From the NCBI RefSeq assembly GCF_009834535.1, contig NC_045696.1:104286001-104350000 (forward strand): a stretch of 64,000 bases of DNA, read 5' to 3'. Of the stretch, positions 1-13,519 are shown one piece after another (position 1 is the stretch's first letter; each line of letters starts with the position of its first letter). Source of the DNA: Camelus ferus. Its lineage: Eukaryota. Under the pieces are notes generated by a model that was given only the letters and a program-made list of their open reading frames with translations, did not search any database and was not told the DNA's origin. The translations under genes and the position numbers were made by a program.

Positions 1-144
1 TCCAGCTTGCCAACTGTAAATCTTAGGACTTGTCAGCCTCCAAATGACGTGGGCCAATTTCTAGCAATAAATTTCTCCCTCTCTTTCTCTTTTCCTACAC
101 ACACACACCATTGATTTTATTTCTCTGGGAACCCTGACTAATAC
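1..144 (+). mobile_element. MLT2 (ERVL) LTR 3' end
   Basis: ggacttgtcagcctcca...aataaatttctc...ttctctgggaaccctgactaataca, typical MLT2 terminus. Confidence 0.7.
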
Positions 145-349
145 AGCACAATTATAGAGTGATCAGCCTGGAGGTCTATATGCTCTGTCACAAAGAATCT
201 ACCAAGACAGGAAAGTGGACCTTTGATCCCATTGTTTGGGAGTCCTGGGGGCACATGAACCCCTCCCCAGCACCAGGGCAGGCTGCCATTCTGGGGCCTT
301 GACTTCCATAGGGTCCAAAGCTTTGAGGGGTCCTGGCAGATGCACGGAA

Positions 350-1070
350 TTGTTCATTCAGCAATTGTGCATCCAGCATCCTTTATGGGATGGACCTTTT
401 CCTAGGAATACAGTCATGAAGAATGCAGATGTACAAGTCTCCCCTCTTCTGGGGCTTATGGTACAGCAGGGATGGGAGAGGAGACAGTAAGGAAGTAATG
501 ACATTGCGTGAAGACAATTAGGCATCGTGTTGGCTTCTTGAGGCAGTAACATTAAGTAAGAAGCGTATTCCAAGCAGAGGGAAGAGCAAAGGTGAGTGCA
601 GAAAGGGGGATGATGGGGCTGGGGCTGGTGAGCACGACAGGGTGGTCTTCAGTGAGACCGGAGGGCTGGGCTGGGGCCACAGCAGATGGGGCCTAGAGAC
701 CATGGAAAAGAGCTTAGACTTACTCCAGGTGGGAAGACGACTCTTTGGAGGGTCTCGAGTAGGGGACATTGTGATCTGATTTATCATGGAAGCCAGCACC
801 CCTCTGTTCCGGTTGTCCAGGTGAGAGTTGATGGTGGCCCGGGCTGGGGTGGTGGCAGAGAGCAGAGACAGGCGTGGGAGGCGGGGTATATTTTGGAGGC
901 CGAGGCAACAGGAATTGCTGATGAATTTGCAGGGAGGGGTACAGAAGAAAGGGATTCAGGAAAGATGCCCTGATTTACTAGGAAGTAGTGGTCTGGCGAT
1001 CTCTGAGTCCAGCAGAGGCCCGAGCCTGGGGTCAGCAATGTCACCTGCCACAGAGAGGTCAAGGCCAGCA
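350..1070 (-). mobile_element. L2 LINE 3' fragment, degraded
   Basis: L2-like motifs gggtatattttggaggccgaggcaacaggaattgctgatgaattt and agactttactc...gtgatctgattt. Confidence 0.6.
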
Positions 1071-4000
1071 GGTTTTGAGCTGAGGCCTTTCTGGCCACTC
1101 TCTTCAACTCACCTGAGCATGGGGTTAATGCTCTCTAACCTTGTCCTTAGTGGTCCCCCCAGCTGGCCAGAGCTATCTCCTAAGCACTTCAGGTCACTCA
1201 GGAAACACAGGCTACCCCCTGCTTCTCTCATCTTCAGGCCCGCCTCCCATTCACGGCACCCCTGCCTCCCAGGACCCCTCCCAGGGCAGGGATGCTTCTC
1301 CGTCTGGGCCTCTCGGGAGCCGGGCAGAGGCCACTGCATGCCTCTGGGTGAGCGTGGGCAGGCGGTGGCTGCCCCCTCAGCGTGCCAGGCTCCCACTTGT
1401 GCCCCGTTCGTGCCTGGAAGGCCCTCTCCTGAGAACTAATCTTGCTCATTCTTAGAGCCTTTATTTGACAGCCTTTCCTACCTCAGGCCTCTTCTCTGAA
1501 TGCCCACAGCCCCTTGGTTAAAGTTAATTGTTTCTTTCCTTGAGGGTCAGCCTTCATGAGTCGGCGAATTCTTTGAGGGCAGGGACCATGTCTCACTCAC
1601 ATTCCCAGTCTCCGGCCCAGCGGGCTCAGTCCCTGTTTTGATTGAAGCAGCCTATGAATCCATCACCGGCCACAGCAGCAATGGGCTGGGGAGAGAAACT
1701 GGCCTTTTCCGGGAGTGTCTGGCTTCTCTTCCACAGACGATACTTCACACACTGGCAGGACGATCATCGTAGACTCCAGCTGTATTTTCATTTCCCTAAC
1801 TAAGAAGATCTACTTTTGAGTTCAGGTTGTAAATGAGGTGCTGTGATTGTTTCTGGTATAAAAGACCAAAATTTGCTTAAACTTAAGTGATCAGTATTCT
1901 GCTTTTCTGACCTGTTTGGCATTAGGTTCAAAGCAGGACACATCAGACGTTCTGGTGAGACAGGCTCGATGTTGGGCTCAAATTCAAATCTACTCACACT
2001 AATGGGAAAAACTCTGGAGGCTTTAATCACAGCCTGTGATTCAGTCTGATTGACAGTGTTTCCATTTTTTAAACTCCCTGTTTTTCATGTGGAATGAATG
2101 ACTCCTTTTTCATTTTGCTTCTGTAATAGGAAATGTTCTCATTGTGGAGGGAAATCTCTACAAGCAGCCCATTAAATAGTAAAATGTTACTGCTGCACCT
2201 GAGTGGGATTATCATCCACGGTCCCCAGGGGGGCCGTACTGGGGGGGGGGTTGCCCAAGTTGCTGAGCTTGGAGGCACCTTGTTCATCATTTGGGGGATC
2301 ATGCATTCAACATCAGGGTCCTTCCTCTCCTCCCCAAAACCTTGGTCTGGATGTCAGCTCTGGAAACTCCACTCTGTTGCCTTCAGGTGAAAAAGGACTT
2401 GGTTGGAAGCATCTCGGGGTGTGTTGCTGAATCCAGCCTCTGAGGTAAAGCCAGGCAGCAGGACCAAAGCTGGCCCGACGGTGGTTCCAACCTGGGAGTC
2501 TTTTCTCTGTGTCCCTTCTTCAGGCTCCTGTCTTTACCCTTCTGTTCAGCTGCTATCCGTCCTTCTCTGTTTCCCAGTTCTCATGGTGGGACCTGGTCAT
2601 CACTGCTAGCTCCCAAATTTGTGGGCTACACACTAGCCACCCAGAGGTAGCCTGACCTCTTTCCCAAATGCAGTGCCCTCCCCTGAACCATCCACGGTAA
2701 ACAGGGGGTGGTCACGTCATCAGGTGGAGCTTCTACCACAACCCTATGGATGGTGGACGGAGTGGGGAGGGTCAGTTCCTAGAAAAGCAACAGCAGGAAG
2801 ATAATCCAGTAGTCGTCTGCCATATGGAATTCAAGTTCTGACAATGAAACCCATAAACATCTGCTTATGACAAAGGGGTTGTGATTCTATATAAAGCGGT
2901 GAGGAGACCCAAGCCCCTGGCTCTTGCCGCCTCATTCAGAGAGTTTGTGTTGTTGATTTAGTCTTGGTAGGGTGGGAATGGGTGGGTGCCACCCCTCTCC
3001 CCAAACGTGGTTCCCCTTCCCTCCTCAGACTAGCTCCTCACTCGGTACCATCCACCACGAACCAGGAGCTCCCAGCCACACTGATGAAGCTGCTGTGTCT
3101 CATAAACCTTGATTTCTGTGCATTAGCATAGCCCCCAGCACCCCCACCTTACAGAGGTGGAACTGAGGCTCACAGAGGGAGGGGCCTGTGAAGGTCACAC
3201 AGGTAACGAAGAAGGGGAACTGGGCAGGCAGTCCCATGTTAGTGGTTCTAAAGTTTATTTTGTAACACGCACTAATAACACCATCTCAAGACCAGGTTGT
3301 TAGCAAGGAGAAAACAGAGAAAGAGTCGACAAGAAAATGAGCCCATGGTGGGAAAGGATGCAGAAGTGCACGGCTGGACCAGACAGGATTCCTGGCCACG
3401 AGGACCTCAGACGGGCTTATAACCCAGTGAACGTCTTGCAGAAGCTCGTGGCCCTCCTCTGAATGTTGTGAACTTCAGGTCCCCTTGTCACCCAGGTTCC
3501 TGGGCCTTGGGGTGCTTCCTCCATGTGACCTAGCCTTGACCCAGACGTGAAAACACATTGTTTTTCTTAGGTTACAACACCCTGAGCCTAAGTAAAACCT
3601 AGTCACACACAGTTTTCTTTCATGTAAACATACTAGCCTTCCTTGAGGATTTGGAAGGGGGTAGAAGGTAAGTTTCCAGCCCAAGATCCAGATAGTCTAA
3701 GGTTTGACATTTGTCACTCCCACTCTGATGTATGGTGACCACACCAAAGACATTTCCGCACACTCTCCCATGGAGTCCCCTAGCCTCTCACCATCTGCAG
3801 AACTCCCCCCTCCCTTTTTCCTGCTCTCAAGTTTCAGAGTCAAACACCGGGTTCTCCATTTTCTTCTGCCGAGTAGTTGCTGCATGCAAATCCTCTCCTT
3901 CTCCCCAGCCCGTTTCCCAGTCCCTGGGTAGAATCAGGCCTCTACCCATCGAGAGCTCCCCTCCCCCCGCCCCTGTCCCTGTCTCCCAGGTCCAACCTCG

Positions 4001-4307
4001 CCTGTCCACCTGGAGCTGCAGCTGCTGTTTGCAGGCGCTCCCATCAGTGTCTGCTGTTGGAAGTCATTTTTCTCTGACAACACAGCACTAGTTGGCTCTC
4101 CCTGCCTAGAGCCTCTAGGAGCAGCCATCCTTGAGAGAGGGAAGGCATTTCCTGCAAGTGAAGCAGCCAAGAAAAAAATGCAGTGGCAGGATGGAGCACG
4201 GATGTCCAAGGAACAGTGGGGAGAGGGGCAGAGCATGGGGTTGGAGGAGGGCGGTGGAGGAGGAGGCAGGGCTCTTCCAGCCTGGGAGAGGGCTTTTTGT
4301 TTCTTCT

Positions 4308-4670
4308 AAAAAAAAGACAAACAAACTTATTTACAAAACAGAAACAGACTCACAGACATAGAAAACAAACTTATGGTTACCAGGTTGGGGGAAGGGGGTG
4401 GGAAGGGATAAATTGGGAGTTAGAGATTTGCAGATACTAGCTAATATATATATATATATATATAAAATAGATAAACAACAAGTTCATACTGTATAGCACA
4501 TGGAACTGTATTCAATATCTTGTAGTAACTTATGGTGAAAAAGAATATGAAAACCCAATATGTGTATGTTCCTATATGTCTGAAGCACTGTGCTGTACAC
4601 CAGAAATTGACACAACATTGTAAACTGACTGTACTTCAATAAAAATACATTAAAACAAAACAAAACAAAA
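4308..4670 (+). mobile_element. Lineage-specific L1 3' UTR fragment with A-rich tail and internal (TA)n
   Basis: acaaacttatttacaaaacagaaacagactcacagacatagaaaacaaacttatggttacc...aataaaa...(CAAAA)n tail. Confidence 0.85.
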
Positions 4671-5307
4671 CTCTTCCAAATAGAGATCCTTATGGCCACA
4701 AGGTGGAACTATTGTTCTGGCCAAAGACCACAGAGCCTGTTGGCAGGACCACATTGCTTGCAACTTTGAGTAGCATCCGAACTCCTCCAACCTATCTGTC
4801 AGACTCTAATCTCAACATAGTGATATATTCTAATCCTGTAACAAGGGGCTTAACAGCACCACTGTAGCTAATTTGAATTGAGAAAATCTATTTCAGAAAG
4901 CAAGTTCCAAGACAAGTCCCTCCCTCAGCTGGCTGAGAAGCTAGGAGCAGGTTCTGCACAGGCTGGTGGATATGCCTGCGGGCTGAGCCGCTCACACAGA
5001 ACTGCAGCATTCCCCGAGCCCCCAGCCCCCGTGCACCATCTTGGTGGCTGTCACAGGGGCAGCTGGGGACAGATGGAGGAAGGGTCCTCGACCTAAATGC
5101 TCATCACTCCTTCCCTTTGCACCAAGCTCTTGGTGTTAGACACCCTTCTACTCTTCTTCTCATCCTACCTTTGTTCAAAGACCAGTTCTCAAAGAGTCCC
5201 TTTGTGTGCCTCCTGCCCCAAGGACTTCTCTGAATTCTGGAAGTTCTTCTGACTCAGCGAACACTGGATGACTGGGACCCACCTTTTCCTGTAACCTGTT
5301 GTTTCTT

Positions 5308-5818
5308 TTTCTTTTTTTTTTATTTTTAACATTTTTTATTGATTTATAATCATTTTACAATGTTGTGTCAAATTCCAGTGTAGAGCACAATTTTTCAATC
5401 ATACATGAGCATATATATATTCATTGTCACATTTTTTTCTCTGTGAGCTACCGTAAGATCTTGTGTATATTTCCCTGTGCTATACAGTATAATCTTGTTT
5501 ATCTATTTTACAATTTTGAAATCCCGTCTATCCCTTCCCATCCTCCAGCCCCTTGGCAACCACAAGTTTGTATTCTATGTCTATGAGTCTGTTTCTGTTT
5601 TGTATTTATGCTTTGTTTGTTTGTTTTTGTTTTTGTTTTTTTTTAGATTCCACATATGAGTGATCTCATATGGTATTTTTCTTTCTCTTTCTGGCTTACT
5701 TCACTTAGAATGACATTCTCCAGGAGCATCCATGTTGCTGCAAATGGCGTTATGTTGTCGGTTTTTATGGCTGAGTAGTATTCCATTGTATAAATATACC
5801 ACATCTTCTTTATCCAGA
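5308..5818 (-). mobile_element. 5'-truncated young L1 (ORF2 C-terminus plus 3' UTR) flanked by 125-bp direct repeats
   Basis: Minus-strand translation WIKKMWYIYTMEYYSAIK...AATWMLLENVILSEVSQKEKEKYHM is the L1 ORF2p C-terminus; poly(T) at left end. Confidence 0.92.
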
Positions 5819-6136
5819 CAGTTCTCAAAGATTCCCTTTGTGTCCCTCCTGCCCCAAGGACTTCTCTGAATTCTGGAAGCTTTTCTGACTCAGTGAACAC
5901 TGGATGACTGGGACCCACCTTCTCCTGTGACCTGTTGTTTCTTGACTCCACATTGAGGTGGTAATTCCCTTGGGGCCACACTCCAGACTCAAGCTTGTTT
6001 CCTTCCCACAATAAGGACTTGGTTGATATTTGCGGATGTTGAAGAGTGAAGTAAAACATTACTCCCATATTCAAGGAGCTGGGAGATGTTTAATAGTAAA
6101 ACATAAAAAGAGCGAGTTCTGTGGGCCATTACTCTT

Positions 6137-6503
6137 TTTGTTTTCCTTTTTCAATTAGAATTATTATAGTTTGAGTGCAAGTATACATTATATTTCATGT
6201 AAATATGTATATAAAATATACTGCACATATTTTTTAGTTTACATATATGTACTGATCATTGTTTCTAAGAACAGTTTAGAGCTTTAGCTTTTTAAACTTA
6301 CATAGTTATCAAAGGAGTAAAGCCAACCACAAAGAATCAACAGAATGCAGTAATCCAATCATAAAGGACAGTCAAATGTGCTTACACATATTCAAGAAAT
6401 CAGTCATCTAAGTTATAAACAATAAGTAGTTCGTTTGTGTCCTTTTTTTTTTTTTGAGATTCCACATATAAATGATATCGTATGGCATTTTTTTCTCTTT
6501 CTG
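6137..6503 (-). mobile_element. Retroposed chimeric insert: ~80 bp L1 piece plus ~280 bp AT-rich non-L1 sequence plus A-rich tail
   Basis: 17-bp TSD tgtgggccattactctt at 6120-6136 and 6504-6520; L1 motif agattccacatataaatgatatc only at ~6425-6503. Confidence 0.8.
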
Positions 6504-8169
6504 TGTGGGCCATTACTCTTGTTCTAAGATAGCTATAGACTGCAATCTTAGATCATAATCTATAAACCAGCAATGTGACTTTGTATTAATACTATTATAA
6601 ATAACATTAGGAACAGGTGCATATATTGAGTTCCTGATATGTAGCAGTCATTGTGCTAGGCCTTTTACGTATGTACTTCATTAAATTTTCCCAATAATCT
6701 CAGAGGCATTATTTCCAGTTTCCACATGAGAAAAAGTAAGGTTCAGGAAGATTGCTACCTGCTCCAGTTTCTAAGTCAGTGCTGGCCAAGCTCTGTGGGG
6801 TTGACTAAAGTGTTGGAAAACTTAAGTCACTTTCCTGGGCTCTTGTCCAGAGGCTCTTGTCCAGAGGGACTGGGCCCCACAGTCCCTATGGGACTCACAG
6901 GGACTTGTATGCTGGGGTCATGCGTGGCTACACTTAATCAGATCTGACTCTCGAAGGACCCCCCTGCCCCCGCCCCCGGGCACAGAAAGCATCATGGCTG
7001 GAGGAGTGGCCTGGTGGAGGCCAGAACAGTGCATCTTGGGGACCTTGATTGATGTGAATCCCTCAGACTGCCCTTCAGTAAGAACCAGACGAGGCCCAAA
7101 GGGTAATGCACGTGCCCAGCAGCATGTGTGCAAAGGCGTCTCATTGCCTACTTGGTATGATCTAGGGGCCACCAGGGAGACCTCCCTGCTGCCAGGTATC
7201 TCCCTCTCTGGCCTGTTATGATGCCCCAGATGTCGCCATTAGTTCTTATTTCCTTTAAGTTTGAAATGTTTTTCAGTCTCTCAACATCTGCTATGATCTG
7301 TCATACCTGACAAAGGATGAATTGAGAGCCATTTGGGGGGAGGGTGGGTGCTTGGAAGTGACAGGAGGCTGAAGGCAGCTTTGGTTTACTGCTTTTATGG
7401 CCAGGCATGAGGACCACAGGCAGGCAGAAGGTCACTGACAGAGCCTTTGTAAGGCAGGAGAACCCTGCTTTTGGATTTGGACCACAGAATCTTCAGGACT
7501 TTGCTTTTCACCCATTCTCAATCCCCTGGCTCCCCAAGGCTGTCACTCCTGCAGCTGGAGTTCCAGATACAATGATTTGTTAGACAAGCATGGCAGGTGT
7601 TGCTGGTGATCAGAGATGGAGGGGAGGAAGACAATTGTTCTCCAGAATCTTCATTCAGCTGAAGATGCCTGCAATGGAAATGCATTTTCTAGGGTAGAGA
7701 AGTCTCTGGCTTAACACAGTATTTCCTTGTTGGAAAAAATGCTAAAAGGGCCTCACTGGCTGCCTGCATGAGCAGAAGGAAGCCCCCAATTGGTCTCTGA
7801 TGCTGGAAATTCCTTTTGCAGATGGTAAGACCTTTCATCTACTATTAAAAATTAGGCTCAGACCGCATACCTTGGCAGAGTAAACTGATACCCTTTTCCC
7901 CTGAGAGTCCATTACTCTGGAGGAGGGGCGGGAGAGGACTGAAATGTGAGGTCGCTGAGCACCTGGGGAGAGCAGGCAGGTGGGGCGAGGCAGGCTGGGG
8001 TGTCAGGGATGTCTTTCACTCGCTGGTTTCATGAGTGCACTGTGGGTTGGTTACACAGGTCTGAAGTGTGTGCATGTGACTGACTAGGTGGTAGCCTTGA
8101 CTGTTGAGTAGCTTTCTGGGTTACTTTTCTAGAGTGGCTCCAAACTTGGTTGGCTTTGTTTGGATTTAG

Positions 8170-8672
8170 AAAGTTCCCAAAGATACCCAGGCCCTAATCC
8201 CTGGAATCTGTAAATGTCACCTTACGCAGAAAAAGGGATTTTGCAGCTATGAGTCAGTTAAGGATCTTAAGATGGGGAAGTGATCCTGGATTATTCAGGT
8301 GGCCCCCACATGTAATCACAAGTTTCCTTCAAAGAGGAAGGGGGAGGGAGACTTGGCTATAGACAAAGAGGAGAAGGCCACGTGACGGAAGCAGAGGGAG
8401 GCAGGTCAGAGAGAGAAGATGCTGGCTTTGAGGATGAAGGAAGGGGCCGTGAGCCAAGGAGTGCAGCTGTAGAGGCTGGAAGAGGCCAGAGCAGGGATTC
8501 TCCCTAGAGTCTCTGGGAGGTACGTGCCCTGCCAACACCTGGGTTTTGGCCAGTGAGATCGTTTTTGACTTCTGACCTCCAGAACTATAAGAGAATAAAT
8601 GCGTGTGGTAGTGTGGTTTTAAGCCACCAAATTTGTGCTATTTTTGTTACAGTGTCGCAGGAAGCTAATATA
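8170..8672 (+). mobile_element. MaLR LTR (MLT1D-like)
   Basis: cccaaagat...ctaatccctggaatctgtaaatgtcacctt...gagccaagga...tctgacctccagaactataagagaataaat...ctaata. Confidence 0.8.
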
Positions 8673-9351
8673 TGGGCGGAGGTGAGAATTTGCATCTCTG
8701 GGATCCTGGCCCTTCGGGGGCTTTCAGTTTAGGAGGTGAGATGAGACCCACAGGAATCTGTGGACACTCACCAGGCACCATATGTTCTCCAGCCCCCTTA
8801 GCAGTGGAGTGGAGCCGTAGATGGGCTGAGGCTCAGAGACACGAGTCTGAGGCTGGTGTCACCATCTGTCATCTGCTCGACTTTGAGAGCATTACCTGAA
8901 CCCTTGAATTCCAGTGGCAGTAAATGGAGCTAAGAATGCTGGCTGCTGTGAACACTGAATGAAGTTAGGGCTGCAGGGACATCATGGTGACTGGCCTCAG
9001 TGCCTGGCCCATTAGTCTTCCATCCTCAGCCTTCTCCCCACATGTACACAGGGCATTGATGTTCTGAGTACCAGGGGAAATGACTGCAAGTTAGTAACCC
9101 ACTGAATTCTAGGCTTTTGGGAAAAAAAAACCCCATCATTTTACAGATGGGGAAACTGATGCTCAGAGAAATTCCTGGCTGTAGCTCCGGCCCTGCCAAT
9201 CGAGGGCTCCTGACCGCTAGTAAGATGTTCTGTGGTGTCAACTAATGCTCCTTCCCGCCTTGTCAGTCACAAAACCCATGACAACTTCTTTGGCCTTTAG
9301 CTCTCCTCCCTCCCATAGGCACAGAATGAGAAATAAAAAAAGATTGTTCTT

Positions 9352-9798
9352 TTTGTTTTAAATTGAAATATAGTTGATTTACAATGTTGTATTAGTTTCA
9401 GGCCTACAGCAAAGTGATTCAGTTATACATGTAAACATATATGTATATTCTTGTTCAGATTCTTTGCCAGTATAGGTTATTACAAGATATCAAGTATAGT
9501 TCCCTGTGCCACACAGTGGGTCCTTGTTGTTTATTTTATATGGAGTAGTGAGTATGTGTTAATCTGAAACTCCTAATTTATCCCTCCTCCCCTTCCCCTT
9601 TGGTAACCACAGTTTGTTTTTCATGTCTTTGAATCTATTTCTGGTTTGTAAATAAGTTTGTATCTTTTTTTTTTTTTTAGATTCCACATATAAGTGATAT
9701 CATATGATTTTTGTCTTTTTCTGTCTGACTGACTTCGCTTAGTGTGATAATCTCTAGGTCCATCCACATTGCTGCAGATGGCATTGTTTCATTCTAAG
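9352..9798 (-). mobile_element. 5'-truncated L1 3' end
   Basis: L1 3' UTR motifs; TSD aaagattgttctt at 9339-9351 and 9799-9811. Confidence 0.88.
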
Positions 9799-12700
9799 AA
9801 AGATTGTTCTTAGATGAGCGTGGCATGGGCTTTGCTGACATTAGGTAAGTGGATCTGGACCCTTAGTGATGCAATCTACTGTAGCATAAGAAATAATGGC
9901 ATCTAAAATCAGGCTCTGATGAGGCTGAAAAAGGCAAGTGCTTCATTTTCCTTGACTACAGTTGAGTTCCTTTATGCAATCACAAAAACCAAGCCCTAAA
10001 GGATCCAAACTTGTGTGTGTAGCGTATAGGTGCAGATGTGACTGAGAGGGTGCGAGTGAGCACGTGTGTGCTGTGCCTGTGTGAGCTGGTGTGGGTCCCT
10101 GGTCCTCTGTTAACTTGGACCAGGGAGCCTCAGAAAGCAGAGCCCAAGATAAGGGTTTGGTGCAGGGAGCTTATTCTGGCAGGTGATTCCAGGGAACAGG
10201 AGTGGGGAACTGGGAGAAGTGAAACAGAGAAGGTAGGAACGCCAATCCAAGGGCGTGTCATCAAGCTGATCACTCTGTGCGCAGCGGGCTCAAGCCTGCT
10301 GGGACCCTCAGTGAAGGGTGCAGGATACTCCTGGGGCTGGTCCATCAAGGGTGGGAGAGGGATTCATTGTCGGTATCAACAGCCTTTGCCCTCTCACCTG
10401 GCTCACGCTGCGGAGGGGCTGACCACGTGGCCATGCGTGGTTCCCAGGCAGGGGCAGCAAGTCTGGGGGCAGGAGAGGGAGACGCACAGCTGGGGAGGCA
10501 GGTGCTGGCAGCTGGTGGCTGCCGTCATGGGGGCAGTAAATGGGCAGGCAGAGAGGATGGGAGGTGAAGCTCAAGACGTGGGTGACATGTCTTCCTCCCA
10601 GAATGTTCTTTTGTGTTGATGTTGAAACCTCAATTCTGTGTTGTTATTAAAATCATCTGCCATACATGAGAGACCACAAGTAGAGACCAGCTGGGTTTTG
10701 TCCAGGGAAATGTTTAGAACCTTTCTGAGCTAATTGACGTATCAAGTGGCTGACACTGAGCAAGAATCTGTGATGCGTCATGCCCTGTGCTAGAAAAAAG
10801 ATGAGATGAATACAACATGAGTTCCTCTCCTTAAGAAGATACCACAGCTGAGGGGGTGGTGCTGGCTGGTGACAACTGAGGGGGGTTAAAATTTCAGCCC
10901 CTCAGTGGTTAGCTGTGAACCTGGGGCATCACTCGATGGTAAACTGCTTAGCATAGTCCCTGGCACGTTTTACGTACTTAAAATGGTGCTGATAAGAAGC
11001 TTAGTTTCAAGTGGGAGGATGTTGGTACAGAGGTGATGCCTGTGCATGTTCTGAGTGCAGTCTCTGTTTAAGGAAGCAGAGTGAGGGGTAAGTGAAGGCT
11101 TCCTAGGGAAGGCTATGTGAAGGTAAATATTTGAAATGATCATATAGAAAAAGATGATAGAACTTGAGAATCTTAATATAAAATGCAGTCAAAGCAATGG
11201 AGAAACCATTGAAAGTAGCAGCAAGTTCAGTCTGCGTGCTTACGTTACTTTGAAAGAGGTTACAGGAAAGAAGGTTTGAGAAAACAGACAGATGTTTCTA
11301 GATGGGAGGAGACGATCTTTTAGGGATGGAGGTTGTCCTCAAATTATTGTGTAAATTCAATAATTTACATTCATCGTTAGCGGGAGACTAGTGGCTCCTT
11401 CATTATTGGACAGAAATTGGCAGAATCTACCATATCACACCTTCTGACCCAGCAATTCCGTTTTGGGGAGTCTGTCCTCCAGCAACACTTAACCGAGCAC
11501 AAACGTGTCCAAGTTTCACTGCAATAGTTTGTGTTGGTTGAAAATTGGAAACCATCTGACATCCTTCAGTAGGGGATGATTATATTATGAACACAGTGTA
11601 ATGGCAAACGAGACTTCTGTCAATCTGTGTGTGTGACGGGGAGGTTTTCCGAGTCTGAGGATGCTAGGTACAGCAGGCTTCCGGTTGTGTAGAAAGCAGC
11701 ACGTGCGTGTGGATGAAGAAATGGGTCTGGAATGTCACCCATCTCCCCGGGAACCAGGGCAAGATTAAAGAGGGACTTAATTTTTTTCAAAGAAGGGAAT
11801 ACTGTGTTTGCTAATGTTAAACCAAGGTGAAAAGGAGTAAACAGATATATTTTCTTTATGGAATCGTCTCAGTACAGTTTTTTGATATATAATTGTTCCG
11901 AAATTTGACTCTGAAGTGACACTCCTAATTTCGTGAAAATAGCCTAGTCATCAAGTAAAAGCCTAAATGAGGGTATTCATGTCTATTTTTCCTGACTTAT
12001 GGCTCAGTATTTAAAATATAGCTTTTGGTCTTGATCATTGAATATTGATTTTTCCATTTTCTTATACTTTTAGATTAATTTCCCTATTCATGTAAAAATC
12101 AATGGCTGACTTATTAAAATTTTATGTTCTTTCTTTATTCCTTGATTCCCTGTAATTTTTTTCCCTTTTACATAAATAATACTTGAATATGTTCTTGATT
12201 TTCACATTTCACTTTCCAGCCCTCTGTGCAGGTTGAGTTCGTTACTTCTGAGTTATGCCATGACATCTGCGTGTCTTTGTCTTGGCTGATGAAATCTGTA
12301 CTCAGATTTTGGGGCATTGATGCAAAAGGTTCCCTGCACTGTGCTCACAGAGTCCCTGGTGTTCCCATAGGGCCACCTCAGGGAGGGTGTTCAGGGGCGC
12401 TCCTGCCTCCGTCTTCCCTTTCTTTCTGCCATCTCCTCTAGGGTCACACCCTCCTGGAGAGCCTGCCGGTCAACCTTGAAATCTTGTGCAGCCCAGCGGG
12501 GAACTTAGAGCTTTCGGAGTCCTCCAGGGGCCCCCCACCAGACAAGCAAATCTCTTTTTCTAGCATCAACAGCATTTCCTAGCTGTCATGGTATCAATCT
12601 CTTCTGCAGAAGAGGAGGTAGAAAGAAAAGAAAGTCAAGAAAGGCAAAGCAAACATCCTTGTGCCACAGCTGATGAGAATGTAAAGCGAAGAGGAGAAGG

Positions 12701-13519
12701 CCTGTCATATGGAAGAGGAGGATGTGTGGTCCAGGCAGAGAAGATGGTTAGAGAGAAGGAATGATTTGGGGAGGCTGTGAACTAACCAGGGGACCCCCTT
12801 CTCACCCCACCTCTGCCTGCCTCAGCAAACGCTTCAACGAACGCCTCTCCAGGACCTTGTCAAAGATTGTAGATCTGGATAGCACAGAATTTCTCTTTCC
12901 CTCAGTTTCTTCATCTATGAAATGGGCTAAGGCTCGTGCACATCTCATAGGATTCCTGTGAAGATCTAATGAGTTGACGTTTGTAACGTGTTTAGAACAG
13001 GGCCCAGTGAGCCGTGAGGGCTGTATAAGTGTATTAGTATGATGAGCAACCTACTTGCCTTTAATTTTTTTTTTTTTCTTTTCCTTACAGATGAGTTATC
13101 TGTTTTTAAATTTTCTTTAGAAAATTTTCTTCCCCATTCATGGGGAGAAAAGAACCTGTCGATTTTGTACATTTAAACAACAAAGTGGTTTTATTTCAGA
13201 AACAGTCCCTATCATCCTGTCCTGGCCAAGTTTTTTGGTATTTGCTTTTCAGCTGGGTTCATCTGATAAAAGGTTGGCTGGCCTCTGGGTACTTGTTCTT
13301 TTTGCTGGCGTTTCCTCTTGTTGGAGAATCAGTGGTGGCCCCATGGAACCTGTTGAGAAAACTCTGTAGTGTGGAGAGCAGCGATGCCTTAGGTCCCAAA
13401 TTCCCCACAATGTCCAGCCCCCTGCCTGGGCCCTGGGCAGACCTGGGTAGGTAGGGTGATGCAGAAGTGTAGGCTGCCAGCAGGGTGGGCAGATAGACAG
13501 GCCCCACAATGGGACCTTT

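Noticed and set aside
828..1439. 203-aa ORF (also 10038-10619 and 17464-18129)
   Set aside because: No domain similarity or exon structure; GC-rich DNA, partly within old repeats
5643..6074. 143-aa ORF with a recognisable C-terminus
   Set aside because: Chance fusion of flanking DNA to the L1 ORF2 C-terminus; not a gene
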